Of a stretch of 41,584 nt of DNA, positions 23,594 to 32,856 are shown piece by piece. The translations under genes were made by a program, and so were the position numbers. The notes below the pieces were generated by a model. That model was not told the origin of the DNA. It saw only the letters and a program-made list of their open reading frames with translations, and made no database searches. Source of the stretch: a virus (Duplodnaviria > Caudoviricetes); the IMG/VR virus record IMGVR_UViG_3300033407_000048, positions 1 to 41,584 of that record; one strand, 5' to 3'. Numbering within the stretch: the stretch's first letter is position 1; each line of letters begins with the position of its first letter.

Positions 23594-25258
23594 ATGCGCT
23601 CGTGGATTGCCTCACAGATTCGACGGTTCGCGGACACCGTGGAACCGCCCACGATGTCCCGGGGCGTCCCAATCGCGCCGGAGTCCACCGGGCAGGTCGG
23701 TCTTTCGACGCAGGTCTTCACCGGCTTCCCGACCGGAGAGATCCCCGACTGGAACCCCGACGAGATCGTGGCTCGGCACGGCGTCCGCGTGTGGCGCAAG
23801 ATGATGCGTGAAGACGAACAGGCGAAGGCGGCGATCCAGTTCCGCATCCTCGCTCGGCTCGCCTCTGGGTACACGATTCAGCCGGGCGGGAAACTTCCGT
23901 CTCACGAGACGCACAAGGACTTCATCGAGGCGGTCATAAAACAGATGCGCGGTTCGATGAACGGGCTTCTGTCGACATGTCAGGATGCGCTCGGCATGGG
24001 GTTCTCAGCAGTCGAACTCGTTCCTGGTCTCGTCTTCGATTCCGGACCGTTCCGCAACAAGATCGGAATCTCGCATTTCCACGCGCTCGATCAGGAGTGG
24101 ATGGAGTTCAAGTCCGATCCATTCGGGAATCTGTTGGCTGATGGCATCTGGCAGCGCAATCCGCACTTCGCGTTGCCGGGGATTCTCGAGGACAACCGAG
24201 GTCTCTATCGAAAACTCCCGCGCGATCGGTTCATCGTCCATTCGCACAACAAGACGACGGACAACTGGTACGGGGAATCGGATCTGCGCCCCGCGTGGCC
24301 GTACAAAGTGCTTAAGGAAGTTACGCTCCGGCATTGGGGTTTCCGGCTCGAGACGTTCGGGCAGCCATTCGTCTTTTGGGAAGGACCGGAAGAAGCCGGC
24401 AATCTCACGAAGGCGCAGGTGTTGCAAGCCCTAGAACGATTGCGGAAATATGGATACGGGACGGTCCCGGCAGGGTGGAAACTCCACATCGAACAACCGA
24501 CGAACCAGGCCACCGTGGAATTCCGCGATCTGCTCAACATCTGCAACCGCGGCGAAGCGCGCGCCGTGCTTCTCCCGTCTCTTCTCTTGGAATCGACGGA
24601 CGTTGGAGCTTATGCGCTCGGCGAGAAACATCAAGACCAGTTCGTATGGGTCCTGGACAACGACGGGAAAACGATCGAAGAGGATTTGATCGGTGAGCAG
24701 TTCATCCGTCCATTGATCGAGCGCAATTTTGGATCCGTCGACGAGTACCCCTATCTTCAGTTTCAGCCGTACCACAAACCCGACCTCGAAGTGATCAGCA
24801 ACGCATTGCAGGCGCTCACGAATATGGGACTTGAGGTCGGCAAGCAATGGGTTTATGAGAAGACGGCAATACCTCAACCGGAGGACGGCGACGAGATCCT
24901 CGAACCTCAACGCCAGGAGCCCGCGGTCGTCGGTGATCCGTTGTCGATACCCCCGGAGCCCGACGAAGAGGGAGCCGCGTCCTCCGGTTTCATCGATGAG
25001 ATTCGGAAGTCCGGATGGGAACCGACAGGTCAGATTCTTCGTCCAGGTCAGGCTCCGATGGTGTTCGCCCGTAAACGCTGGCGGGAACCGTTCGAGCATG
25101 AACTGTCCATCGACTTCGACGAAGGTGAGAACGACATCGACGAGGCGACGCTCGAAGGCTCCGACACCATAGGGCTCGCTCTGACGCTCGCGGCCAGGAC
25201 AGCGGCCGATCTCGCGAAAAAAAAAAGGGGACACAATGGAACCAGCCGCGAGCGATAG
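23594..25258 (+). CDS. Portal protein (Mu gp29/DUF935-like)
   Basis: DALGMGFS.VE, YGESDLR, LETFGQP, GAYALG motifs; start uncertain (23564/23594/23654). Confidence 0.88.
   Translation: MRSWIASQIRRFADTVEPPTMSRGVPIAPESTGQVGLSTQVFTGFPTGEIPDWNPDEIVARHGVRVWRKMMREDEQAKAAIQFRILARLASGYTIQPGGKLPSHETHKDFIEAVIKQMRGSMNGLLSTCQDALGMGFSAVELVPGLVFDSGPFRNKIGISHFHALDQEWMEFKSDPFGNLLADGIWQRNPHFALPGILEDNRGLYRKLPRDRFIVHSHNKTTDNWYGESDLRPAWPYKVLKEVTLRHWGFRLETFGQPFVFWEGPEEAGNLTKAQVLQALERLRKYGYGTVPAGWKLHIEQPTNQATVEFRDLLNICNRGEARAVLLPSLLLESTDVGAYALGEKHQDQFVWVLDNDGKTIEEDLIGEQFIRPLIERNFGSVDEYPYLQFQPYHKPDLEVISNALQALTNMGLEVGKQWVYEKTAIPQPEDGDEILEPQRQEPAVVGDPLSIPPEPDEEGAASSGFIDEIRKSGWEPTGQILRPGQAPMVFARKRWREPFEHELSIDFDEGENDIDEATLEGSDTIGLALTLAARTAADLAKKKRGHNGTSRER
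25217..25226 (+). other. A10 slippage/frameshift site linking portal to MuF frame
   Basis: GCG AAA AAA AAA AGG; the -1 frame is open from here to 26574. Confidence 0.65.
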
Positions 25259-25311
25259 AGAATTGGTCGCTCGGGGAACGGGGGACCGTCCTCGCAGAGA
25301 TCGAGCGCGTT

Positions 25312-26574
25312 ATGCTCCGAGCCTACGTGTTCGGCGTCCTCGATGCGTTGCAGGAGCGTCATCGCGAGTTCATGGAATTGGGATTGCCGGAGAAAGCGGC
25401 GGCCGTCTCAACAAGACGACGTCGCAGGGTGTCGGCTCGCAAGCTGCGACAGATTCACGCACGTGCTTCGCAGGATTCGCAGCGCCTGATCGGAGAGATC
25501 GAATCAAAGATCCGGTCAACGCTTCTCAACGCGTTGTCGACCTCCGGGACGTTATCTGGCGCACAAGTGGCCGCGACGATCGAGGGGACCGTCGGATCGT
25601 ATTTGGAACGGCCGACGGAGAATCTCCGGGCGTTCCTCGACATATCGGCGCTTCCTCAACCTCCGAAACACAAGGAGGATTGGCTTCGGTGGGAACGTGT
25701 GCGAATGCGGCACGTTCAACTTCTCAAGCAACGAGCGGCAGCCGAGAAGATCGGGGCGCGAGACGTCAGATTGAAGGCGATCCATCGAGACAACGTCCTG
25801 CGAACCGCTTGGACGACGCACTACAGCGACGGGGTATACGACGAGGCGCTCGAGGACGAATCGGTCGAGAAACTCGCCTACGTCGCGCTGGCGGATGCCT
25901 GCCCGATCTGTCGTGCTTACGATGGGACGATCTTGCTGAAGCGGCATCCGTGGTGGGGATCGCATCGTCCATCGAATCATTACCGGTGCCGCTGTCGTCT
26001 GAAGGCGATCACCTTCGAGGAGGTCACGGAGAAACGCATCCGGGACGCAAAGGAGCTTTCCACGATCCCGCCGGCACCTGGGTTCGGTGGGGACGGGACG
26101 ACCTTCGATCCGCTCCTGCGGGTGTCCCCTGCGGCGGGCGGGACGGGGCGCGCGGCACGACTCGAGATCGTGGCCGGGAGGACAACGCCCACGCCCGGCC
26201 GGCGGACCCCGGCGGCGGCCGTTGCGCTGTTGGCCGGCGTGACAGTCCCTGGACGCCCAACGATGGTTCCGCTCGACGTGCGGGTGGATCGGGCTCGTCC
26301 GTACCTGTCGGAGATCACCGCGGCCGGCGTGGCACCTGCAGCGCGGTCCGTGGGCGTGTCCACCGTCTCGGTCCGAGATCTGATCGTGTCCGCCCCGTTG
26401 ACATCGCGGCGCACGGTCGCGAGTCTCGTGAAGAGGTCGCCGGATTCGTGGGAGCCGATCGTCATCGTTCAGACGAAGGACGGGTTCTATGTTCACTCGG
26501 GATCGGCCCAGGTGGCGGCCGCGCGGTTGCGCAACCTCACCCGGATCCGAGCGCGAGTCATCAGGAGGTTCTAA
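25312..26574 (+). CDS. MuF (SPP1 gp7-like) minor head protein with C-terminal ParB/Srx-like domain
   Basis: CPIC..DG..HPWW..PSNHYRCRC; frame open from 25216; weak RBS at 25312. Confidence 0.85.
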   Translation: MLRAYVFGVLDALQERHREFMELGLPEKAAAVSTRRRRRVSARKLRQIHARASQDSQRLIGEIESKIRSTLLNALSTSGTLSGAQVAATIEGTVGSYLERPTENLRAFLDISALPQPPKHKEDWLRWERVRMRHVQLLKQRAAAEKIGARDVRLKAIHRDNVLRTAWTTHYSDGVYDEALEDESVEKLAYVALADACPICRAYDGTILLKRHPWWGSHRPSNHYRCRCRLKAITFEEVTEKRIRDAKELSTIPPAPGFGGDGTTFDPLLRVSPAAGGTGRAARLEIVAGRTTPTPGRRTPAAAVALLAGVTVPGRPTMVPLDVRVDRARPYLSEITAAGVAPAARSVGVSTVSVRDLIVSAPLTSRRTVASLVKRSPDSWEPIVIVQTKDGFYVHSGSAQVAAARLRNLTRIRARVIRRF

Positions 26575-26577
26575 GTG

Positions 26578-27840
26578 ATGCCCGATGAACAGTACATCCC
26601 GAAGGGGGAATGGACGAAGGCGTCGGATGGCAGTTGGTCGATCGACGGCCTCGAGGTTGCAACGACCGGTCTTTGGAACGGGCGCAACGTGAGCCCCGCG
26701 TTCCTCGATCTGGTCGTCGAATCCACCAATGAGGTCTTCGACAAGGCGCGGCCGAACATCGTTCTTGGGGATCACGACAACCCCATCTTCTCGTCCGTGG
26801 CGATGGGGCAGTTTACGGGAAAGCTGCGGCGGATCGGGAAGGCGATCTACGGGGACGTCAAGAACATCCCGGACACCGTCGCTCAGATGGTGCGCAAGGG
26901 GATGTTCCGGACAGGCTCGATGCAGGTCCGGCCGGTCTTTGCTGACACGACCACAGGGCGCGTGCATCACTTCGTGCTCGAACACTTCGCGTTCCTCGGT
27001 GCGAGGCAGCCGGCGATGAAGACGCTGCGAGAGATCCAGACGCCGGAGCAATTGGCGTCATTCTGCGGCGTCGAGCCCGGGGCCGTTCCCGCCTTCAAGG
27101 CGGACAAGCCGGAAGATCTCTTGAGGATCGAGTTCTCCGGTGGAGAGGGTGTGACGACAGACGGATCAATCGTCCATCACTACCACCATTACGACGCGGG
27201 ACACCGTACGCCCGATTCTGGGGACGGTGCGGAACATGGAAAGGAGGTGGACGATTTGACGAAGGAAGAACTGGACAAACGAGAAACGGAACTCGCAACG
27301 CGCGAGACGGCGATCAAGGCGAAGGCGGTGAGAGCGAAGCAAGACCTCGTCGACTTCAGTTGGCGCAATCTGCTCGAGGGTGGGAAGGTCGAGCCGGCAG
27401 GAGAGGCCGCCTTCAAGGCTCTCGCCATGTCGATCGATCACGAGACCACCATCAAGTTCGTGGACGCGAAGGGGGCGACGGTCGAGAAAACGCCGCTCGA
27501 GGTCCATCTATCGCGCGAGAACGAGAGGGGGAAGGTCGTCGAGTTGTCACAGAAGTCAGGCACGACCGACGACACGAAGGGGAAGACCGGCACCGGCGGC
27601 GATGCCGTCAAGCCATGGAAGGACGAGAAGAAGCCAGCCTATGAACGGTTCGAGGCGTTGATCGACGACGTCCGCGGCCGAGGCTACAAGAACCCAGACG
27701 GGGCGCCATTCTCCGAGCGTCAGGTTCTGGACTTCGCGGCCTCGGAGGACCGCAATCTCGCGATCGCCTTCAACGACGATCCTGGGCCGGTTGACGAGGA
27801 ACGCAGCCGGCACACGAAACGCACGGTTCGCAGCGCGTAA
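26578..27840 (+). CDS. Mu gpI-like prohead protease/scaffold
   Basis: TGLWNG, LGDH, V.KG.FR.GS, L.H.AFLGA..PA.K.L; coiled-coil C-half. Confidence 0.8.
   Translation: MPDEQYIPKGEWTKASDGSWSIDGLEVATTGLWNGRNVSPAFLDLVVESTNEVFDKARPNIVLGDHDNPIFSSVAMGQFTGKLRRIGKAIYGDVKNIPDTVAQMVRKGMFRTGSMQVRPVFADTTTGRVHHFVLEHFAFLGARQPAMKTLREIQTPEQLASFCGVEPGAVPAFKADKPEDLLRIEFSGGEGVTTDGSIVHHYHHYDAGHRTPDSGDGAEHGKEVDDLTKEELDKRETELATRETAIKAKAVRAKQDLVDFSWRNLLEGGKVEPAGEAAFKALAMSIDHETTIKFVDAKGATVEKTPLEVHLSRENERGKVVELSQKSGTTDDTKGKTGTGGDAVKPWKDEKKPAYERFEALIDDVRGRGYKNPDGAPFSERQVLDFAASEDRNLAIAFNDDPGPVDEERSRHTKRTVRSA
27256..27840 (+). CDS. Probable internal in-frame scaffold protein (Mu gpZ-like)
   Basis: AAGGAGGT at 27241-27248, 7 nt before in-frame TTG. 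Confidence 0.55.
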   Translation: MTKEELDKRETELATRETAIKAKAVRAKQDLVDFSWRNLLEGGKVEPAGEAAFKALAMSIDHETTIKFVDAKGATVEKTPLEVHLSRENERGKVVELSQKSGTTDDTKGKTGTGGDAVKPWKDEKKPAYERFEALIDDVRGRGYKNPDGAPFSERQVLDFAASEDRNLAIAFNDDPGPVDEERSRHTKRTVRSA

Positions 27841-27871
27841 AACCGAAATCGATGAGAGGAGGTGAAGCGAA

Positions 27872-28264
27872 TTGAGCACGCAAGTCGGACCCGATTTCAC
27901 TCGCAGCTTCATCGCGGGTGGAACCATCACCAAAGATCGCGTCGTCTACGTGTCGGACGCGAACACGGTTCTCCAGAGCGACGAAGCGGCCGCAGGGCAT
28001 GGAGTCGCGCAGGAGGACGCCACGAGCGGGAATTACGTCTCCGTCAACATGTTCGGCCCGTCGAGGAGAATGACCGCAGGAGGCGCGATCACGGCACCTG
28101 CAACGGTGCTACTCGACACGGCCGGCCGCGTGGTGACGACCGCAACCGATGGATCGTACCACATCGGCATTGCCCTGCACGACGTCGCCGCCGCGGGAGA
28201 CGTGATCGAGATTCTGCTTCTTCCGTTCCAGACGGAAGACGTGAGCGATCACACGCACTCGTAA
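27872..28264 (+). CDS. Capsid cement/decoration protein (DUF2190-like)
   Basis: GGAGGT RBS, TTG start; AGGAITA..D.AGR, IGIAL..AAGDVIE. Confidence 0.75.
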   Translation: MSTQVGPDFTRSFIAGGTITKDRVVYVSDANTVLQSDEAAAGHGVAQEDATSGNYVSVNMFGPSRRMTAGGAITAPATVLLDTAGRVVTTATDGSYHIGIALHDVAAAGDVIEILLLPFQTEDVSDHTHS

Positions 28265-28322
28265 CATCTGATCGAGCAGGTGGAAAAACTCGGGGTGTCG
28301 CAATGAAGGAGGTGAGCGGTTC

Positions 28323-29312
28323 ATGCCAGATCCACAGATGTCTACCGTCCATGTCAACCGGCCACTGAGTAATCTATCGGTGCGGCACCGGAACGCCGAC
28401 GCGATCGGACCGATGGTCTTTCCGACCGTCCCGGTCCTGAAGGAATCGGATCTGTATTACCGGTTCCTGCGGCGTGCGTGGATTCGCAGATCGGTTGGAG
28501 TGATTCGTCCAGGAGACCCCGCTCCTGAGGCGGGCTTCAAGGTCACGACCGACAGCTACGCGGCCGAGGAGTACGGTGTGCGCACGAAGTTGCCTTGGCG
28601 CATCAGGGACAACTCGGACGAGCCACTGCGGCTTCCGGCGAACAAGACCGAGTTCGTCACGGATCAGATCGTGCTCGATGCCGAGTACCGCGTGGCGCAA
28701 CTCGTCGAGACCACGTCCTGGGACAGCGCGACGGCGATCGGTGCGGGCGATCGGTGGGATGAAGGCGGGGAAGTCCTCGCACTCGTCGACGCCAAGAAGA
28801 TCGCGATCCGCAAGGCGTGCGGATTCAATCCAAACGTCGCGGTCATCGGTGCCGAGGTCTGGCCGGCGCTCAACCGTCATCCGCAGCTCCTGCGCTCGTT
28901 CGAGCAGATCAAGATGACCGGCGAGGTCATGCAAGGGGAAGGTGACGGCGGCGATCATCCCGGGATTCTCAGGGTCGGGACCGTGGCCGGGTTGCTCGGA
29001 ATCAGACGTCTCCTCATCGGTGAGATGGTGTACGACGTCGAGGAAGAGGATGCCGGCGACGCCGACGCGGACTCTGACGTCGCCTTCATCTGGGGCAAGT
29101 ACTTCTGGCTCGGGTATGTGAACCCCTCACCGTCACTCGACATGCCGTCGGCAGGGTATCGGTTCGTGAGTCGACGGGACGGGTTCGACCGCACGATCCG
29201 GCAGTACGACCAGAACGACATCAAGTCCACGTGGTACGAGGGCTCCGAGATCGTCGATGAGAAGGTCGTCTCGACGGCGTGCGGCGGAATCTTGACCACC
29301 GTGGTCAACTGA
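28323..29312 (+). CDS. Major capsid protein (HK97 fold)
   Basis: LSNLSV, FP.VPV, PN.AVIG..VW.AL.RHP, PSAGYRF; AAGGAGGT RBS. Confidence 0.88.
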   Translation: MPDPQMSTVHVNRPLSNLSVRHRNADAIGPMVFPTVPVLKESDLYYRFLRRAWIRRSVGVIRPGDPAPEAGFKVTTDSYAAEEYGVRTKLPWRIRDNSDEPLRLPANKTEFVTDQIVLDAEYRVAQLVETTSWDSATAIGAGDRWDEGGEVLALVDAKKIAIRKACGFNPNVAVIGAEVWPALNRHPQLLRSFEQIKMTGEVMQGEGDGGDHPGILRVGTVAGLLGIRRLLIGEMVYDVEEEDAGDADADSDVAFIWGKYFWLGYVNPSPSLDMPSAGYRFVSRRDGFDRTIRQYDQNDIKSTWYEGSEIVDEKVVSTACGGILTTVVN

Positions 29313-29379
29313 TCCTGGGTGGGGAGACGGTTAGGGGTTCTCCCCGCGGTGCACTCCCGACAAGGAAGGAGGTGACAAG

Positions 29380-30009
29380 ATGGCACAGGGAGATCACGGC
29401 CGAGGTCGGCCTTATGCCGACTGGAAATCTCGGAACGAAGTCACTCGATATGAGAAGGGCGGCCATGTCTCGATTCTGGAGGATCGCATCGACAATCCGG
29501 CACTGACGGATGACGATCGACTGCTCGTCGATCAAGCGACGTCGGCGACTGTCACGACGACGGTAACGACGTTCCTCGCGCAGCCGGATGTTCCGAGGAA
29601 TATCATCATCACTCCTGGCGGCACGACGACGGACGTCCCGGCCGGGGACATCGTGGTCTCAGGGACGAACCGTTACGACGAGGCGATCACGGAGACGTTT
29701 ACGCTGACTGCGAATCAGACGGCGGTCGACGTCGGAATCCAGGCGTTCAAAACGGTGACGTCTGTGGTGTTCCCCATTCAGGACGGCGCAGCCGCGACCT
29801 ACGACGTGGGGACAGGATCGAAGATCGGGCTCACCAGAGCCTATCGAACGCGATCGAAGGTCGTCGCGTCGTGGCTTGGGAACACCGAAGAGTCCGCATC
29901 GGGAACGCTCGTGGTCGATGTCGATGAGGTCGAGAAGAACACGTACACGCCGAACGGGACGATGGACGGTGCGCTCGATCTCGCGGTCCACATCATCGAG
30001 TCAGAGTAG
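29380..30009 (+). CDS. Head-associated structural protein
   Basis: QPDVPRNI..V.GTN..AFKTVTS motif; strong RBS; follows capsid gene. Confidence 0.6.
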   Translation: MAQGDHGRGRPYADWKSRNEVTRYEKGGHVSILEDRIDNPALTDDDRLLVDQATSATVTTTVTTFLAQPDVPRNIIITPGGTTTDVPAGDIVVSGTNRYDEAITETFTLTANQTAVDVGIQAFKTVTSVVFPIQDGAAATYDVGTGSKIGLTRAYRTRSKVVASWLGNTEESASGTLVVDVDEVEKNTYTPNGTMDGALDLAVHIIESE

Positions 30010-30053
30010 TAACGAGGGGGATCAATCAGACATCGACGAAAGGAGGTGAAGAC

Positions 30054-30299
30054 GTGGCAAGATATCTGGTCAAGAAACATCCGTCAGGATCGCAAGGTCA
30101 GATTGAAGTGATCTGCGGCGGCAAGTACTACCGCAGCGGAGACGTCGTCGAGATGTCGGAAGAGGAAGCGGCGAAACTGCCGGCGTACATGCTCAGTGCT
30201 CCGCTTGACAAGCACGGCGCGCCGTCAGCGAAGAATCCCGCGGAACCGTCGACAACGACGAAAGAGGTGAAGCCGTCGGGGGAGAGGGAACGCAAATGA
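30054..30299 (+). CDS. Small head-module protein
   Basis: GKYY.SGDVVEMSEEEA motif; AAGGAGGT RBS. Confidence 0.65.
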   Translation: MARYLVKKHPSGSQGQIEVICGGKYYRSGDVVEMSEEEAAKLPAYMLSAPLDKHGAPSAKNPAEPSTTTKEVKPSGERERK

Positions 30300-30667
30300 A
30301 GAAGGCGTTGCCTGTACTGATTGGATTCCTGATCCTGGTCTCGGTCGTTGTCGCTGAACTCGGGCCGTTTCGGTCCGTTCACGTCACGGAGACATCGCTC
30401 GGTGCCTGGGACACGCTCGTTGCGGAGACGATCTATCCCTATGGATCGTATTCGGGGATTCCATCGAAGTTCCAAGCGTGGAAGATCATCAACAATCTGA
30501 CGACGGCTCAGCTTTGTTCCGCCGTCGTGGTCAACGGATCGACGAAGGATACGATTCCCGTCGATGTGCCCGGGACGACCGTAACCGACTGGTTTCCATT
30601 CCTCGCCGACAGTTTGATCGTCAAGACGGATTCGACCGTGCAAATCCTTGCGGTTCCGAACAGGTGA
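30296..30667 (+). CDS. Head-module protein with Sec signal peptide
   Basis: ATGA coupling; MKKALPVLIGFLILVSVVVA signal; beta-rich mature region. Confidence 0.7.
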   Translation: MKKALPVLIGFLILVSVVVAELGPFRSVHVTETSLGAWDTLVAETIYPYGSYSGIPSKFQAWKIINNLTTAQLCSAVVVNGSTKDTIPVDVPGTTVTDWFPFLADSLIVKTDSTVQILAVPNR

Positions 30668-30670
30668 TCC

Positions 30671-31150
30671 ATGGCTGGCGCGTACTGCAAACCTGAGCAT
30701 GTCCGCGCGTTCAACGACAAACTTCCGAACTCGACGACGTGGGGTGACCAGCAGATCCAAACGCTCGTCTCGATCTATGGGGAACGGATCATCAACTCAC
30801 GTTTGGCAGGTCATTACGACGTACCATTTGTAGAGGGTTCCATACCGCGCGAAGTCGAGACGTTGACGGCGATGTTCACTTGCGCCGTGGCGCTCGACGG
30901 GATTTTCGGTCGTGTCGGCCCGGGGTCGAAGTCGACTCAGGCGTCCGGGCTCGCGAAGGACGCCGAGGACTGGATCAAGAGGATCATAACGGGCAAGGAC
31001 GAGCTTCATCTCGAGGACGGGTCTGTGATTGAGCGAACCGGTGGCGGTGCGGCGTTGTTTACGCCGCTCGGTCAAGAGCGGCATTCCGAATCGATCTTCG
31101 TTGGGGAGCCCCACGATTGGATCTTGCCCGACGAGACGAGGGCAGATTGA
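30671..31150 (+). CDS. Head-tail adaptor (Mu gp36/DUF1320-like)
   Basis: YC...V, INSRL.G.YDVPF, DA.DW.K.I..GK motifs. Confidence 0.75.
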   Translation: MAGAYCKPEHVRAFNDKLPNSTTWGDQQIQTLVSIYGERIINSRLAGHYDVPFVEGSIPREVETLTAMFTCAVALDGIFGRVGPGSKSTQASGLAKDAEDWIKRIITGKDELHLEDGSVIERTGGGAALFTPLGQERHSESIFVGEPHDWILPDETRAD

Positions 31151-31743
31151 AGGTTCAACTCAAATCGCGCAACACGCCGAAGGATGGCATGCTTGGAGAA
31201 GCGCGCTCATTCGCTCAGGTGTGGGAGAATCTGCACAAGACGGCCATTCCGCGTTTCGTGGATTGGAAGAAATCAGTGGCGTTGCCTCGGATGTTCCGAC
31301 GTAAGGGCAGAGCCGGACAGGGTACGAGCGTCTGGAGCGCCAACTCGGCATGGGTCCGCGGCGTCAAGGGTAAGAACGCGCCTCTTATCTCCAATGCACG
31401 CGGGACAGGACCCGGGAGCCTCGCGAGGGGTTTCGACATTACGACGCGGCGCACGGGCATCAGAAGTCATGCGGTGTCGTTTCAACTGATTCTCGCCAGC
31501 AGCAAGCCGGCGGCGGACTATCTGCACGAGGGGACCCCCGCGCATGACGTCCGCGCGCGATGGGCGAAGACGCTTCGGATTCCTGCACCTGGGGGCGGCT
31601 TCATCTTCCGCAGGGCCGTCAGAGTCGGGAAAACGCCGGCACGCGCTCATATCGTGTGGACGCCGCAGGAAGACCTGGACCGCCTCAACAGCGAAATCGA
31701 AAAGGAATTGAAGGCGTGGGAACGCGGCGGGGGCCGTCGATGA
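31147..31743 (+). CDS. Virion morphogenesis / tail completion protein
   Basis: Basic; A.YLHEGT, K.LR, PARAHI motifs; TTGA overlap. Confidence 0.65.
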   Translation: MKVQLKSRNTPKDGMLGEARSFAQVWENLHKTAIPRFVDWKKSVALPRMFRRKGRAGQGTSVWSANSAWVRGVKGKNAPLISNARGTGPGSLARGFDITTRRTGIRSHAVSFQLILASSKPAADYLHEGTPAHDVRARWAKTLRIPAPGGGFIFRRAVRVGKTPARAHIVWTPQEDLDRLNSEIEKELKAWERGGGRR

Positions 31744-32624
31744 GATACCTGTTCCAGGATCGCCTCGATTTCGCGTCGGCTGCCGACTTCGGCGCGGTTC
31801 TGACAATCGAAGAAGTCGAGATCCCGATCGGAACCTATGCCGCGGGCTTCAAGCAACGCGACATCTGGTTCCGCTTCGATTGGCCTGGGGATGACGTTTA
31901 CCCCACCGACCCGATCCAACTGCGCGCCTACAAGACGCGATCCGGAGACGCAGGAATCACGGACGAAGCACTCGCGACACCGGGGGCGATCGCTCAGAAT
32001 CTCGCGATCGTGCATACCGGGGCGCTGAAGGTCACGCTGACCGACAACGACGGTTCACCAGGATGGGGCGATGATCTGCGCGTGCAGATCAACGTCCGCG
32101 ATGCTTCGGCGCTTGTCGCAGGCCATCGCTCGAAGTGGGGTTACACGTCGAGGATCTCCGAACTCATCGCGACGAACGCAAAAGCGGTGCTCTCGAAATA
32201 CACGGGTTCTAATCTGGATCTGGAGGACGTGCGCGCGATCTATCCGCATGTCGCAGGGGATTCCTGGGTCCATTCCGACCTTCCGGCGCTTTACGTGTCA
32301 GTCGGGGAGCCAACGCCGATCATCGGCAACGCCTCTGAGCATGCCGTTCATGCGCCTCTGCGCGTGCGGTGTCACACGATGATTCTCGACGAACTTGAGG
32401 AGACGCACCGAGTGAACATCGCGCTTCGCGACCGCGTCGCCGGGATCATCTTCGACGAGCAGCGAACGTTGCTCGGAGCGGTCAAGGACGTCATGCTCGC
32501 ATCCATCGGAGAACCAACACCAATGGACACGGACGACGGATGGGGCTACATGACGTCGATGATCAGCGGGCTTTGCGTGATTGAACGGCTGCGGGATGAT
32601 CGCTCGTATCCACGAGAGGTCTGA
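31740..32624 (+). CDS. Tail terminator-like structural protein
   Basis: ATGA coupling; LPALYV motif; precedes tail tube. Confidence 0.55.
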   Translation: MRYLFQDRLDFASAADFGAVLTIEEVEIPIGTYAAGFKQRDIWFRFDWPGDDVYPTDPIQLRAYKTRSGDAGITDEALATPGAIAQNLAIVHTGALKVTLTDNDGSPGWGDDLRVQINVRDASALVAGHRSKWGYTSRISELIATNAKAVLSKYTGSNLDLEDVRAIYPHVAGDSWVHSDLPALYVSVGEPTPIIGNASEHAVHAPLRVRCHTMILDELEETHRVNIALRDRVAGIIFDEQRTLLGAVKDVMLASIGEPTPMDTDDGWGYMTSMISGLCVIERLRDDRSYPREV

Positions 32625-32628
32625 GGAA

Positions 32629-32853
32629 ATGAAAGTAACGAACACGCAATCGACTGTGTGGGATACCTGTCCTGGTGTGCGGCTCATATGGACGCCAGGT
32701 GAGACGAAGGACTTGGAATTGACGGACGAGCAGGTCAAATGGTTCATCGCGTGCGGATTCATAGTCGAAGGGATGATCGGCGGCGTCGCGACGACAGACT
32801 CCACGACGCGGGTTCCGTGGCAAGATGCCCCGTCCGTGGATAAGGAGGAGTAA
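32629..32853 (+). CDS. Small structural-module protein
   Basis: RBS; PGETKDLEL motif. Confidence 0.5.
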   Translation: MKVTNTQSTVWDTCPGVRLIWTPGETKDLELTDEQVKWFIACGFIVEGMIGGVATTDSTTRVPWQDAPSVDKEE

Positions 32854-32856
32854 CTC

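Noticed and set aside
25552-27051. Long minus-strand and off-frame ORFs (e.g. 499 aa here; 445-1665; 25236-26588)
   Set aside because: Arg/Pro-rich shadows of real + strand genes in high-GC DNA, with no motifs
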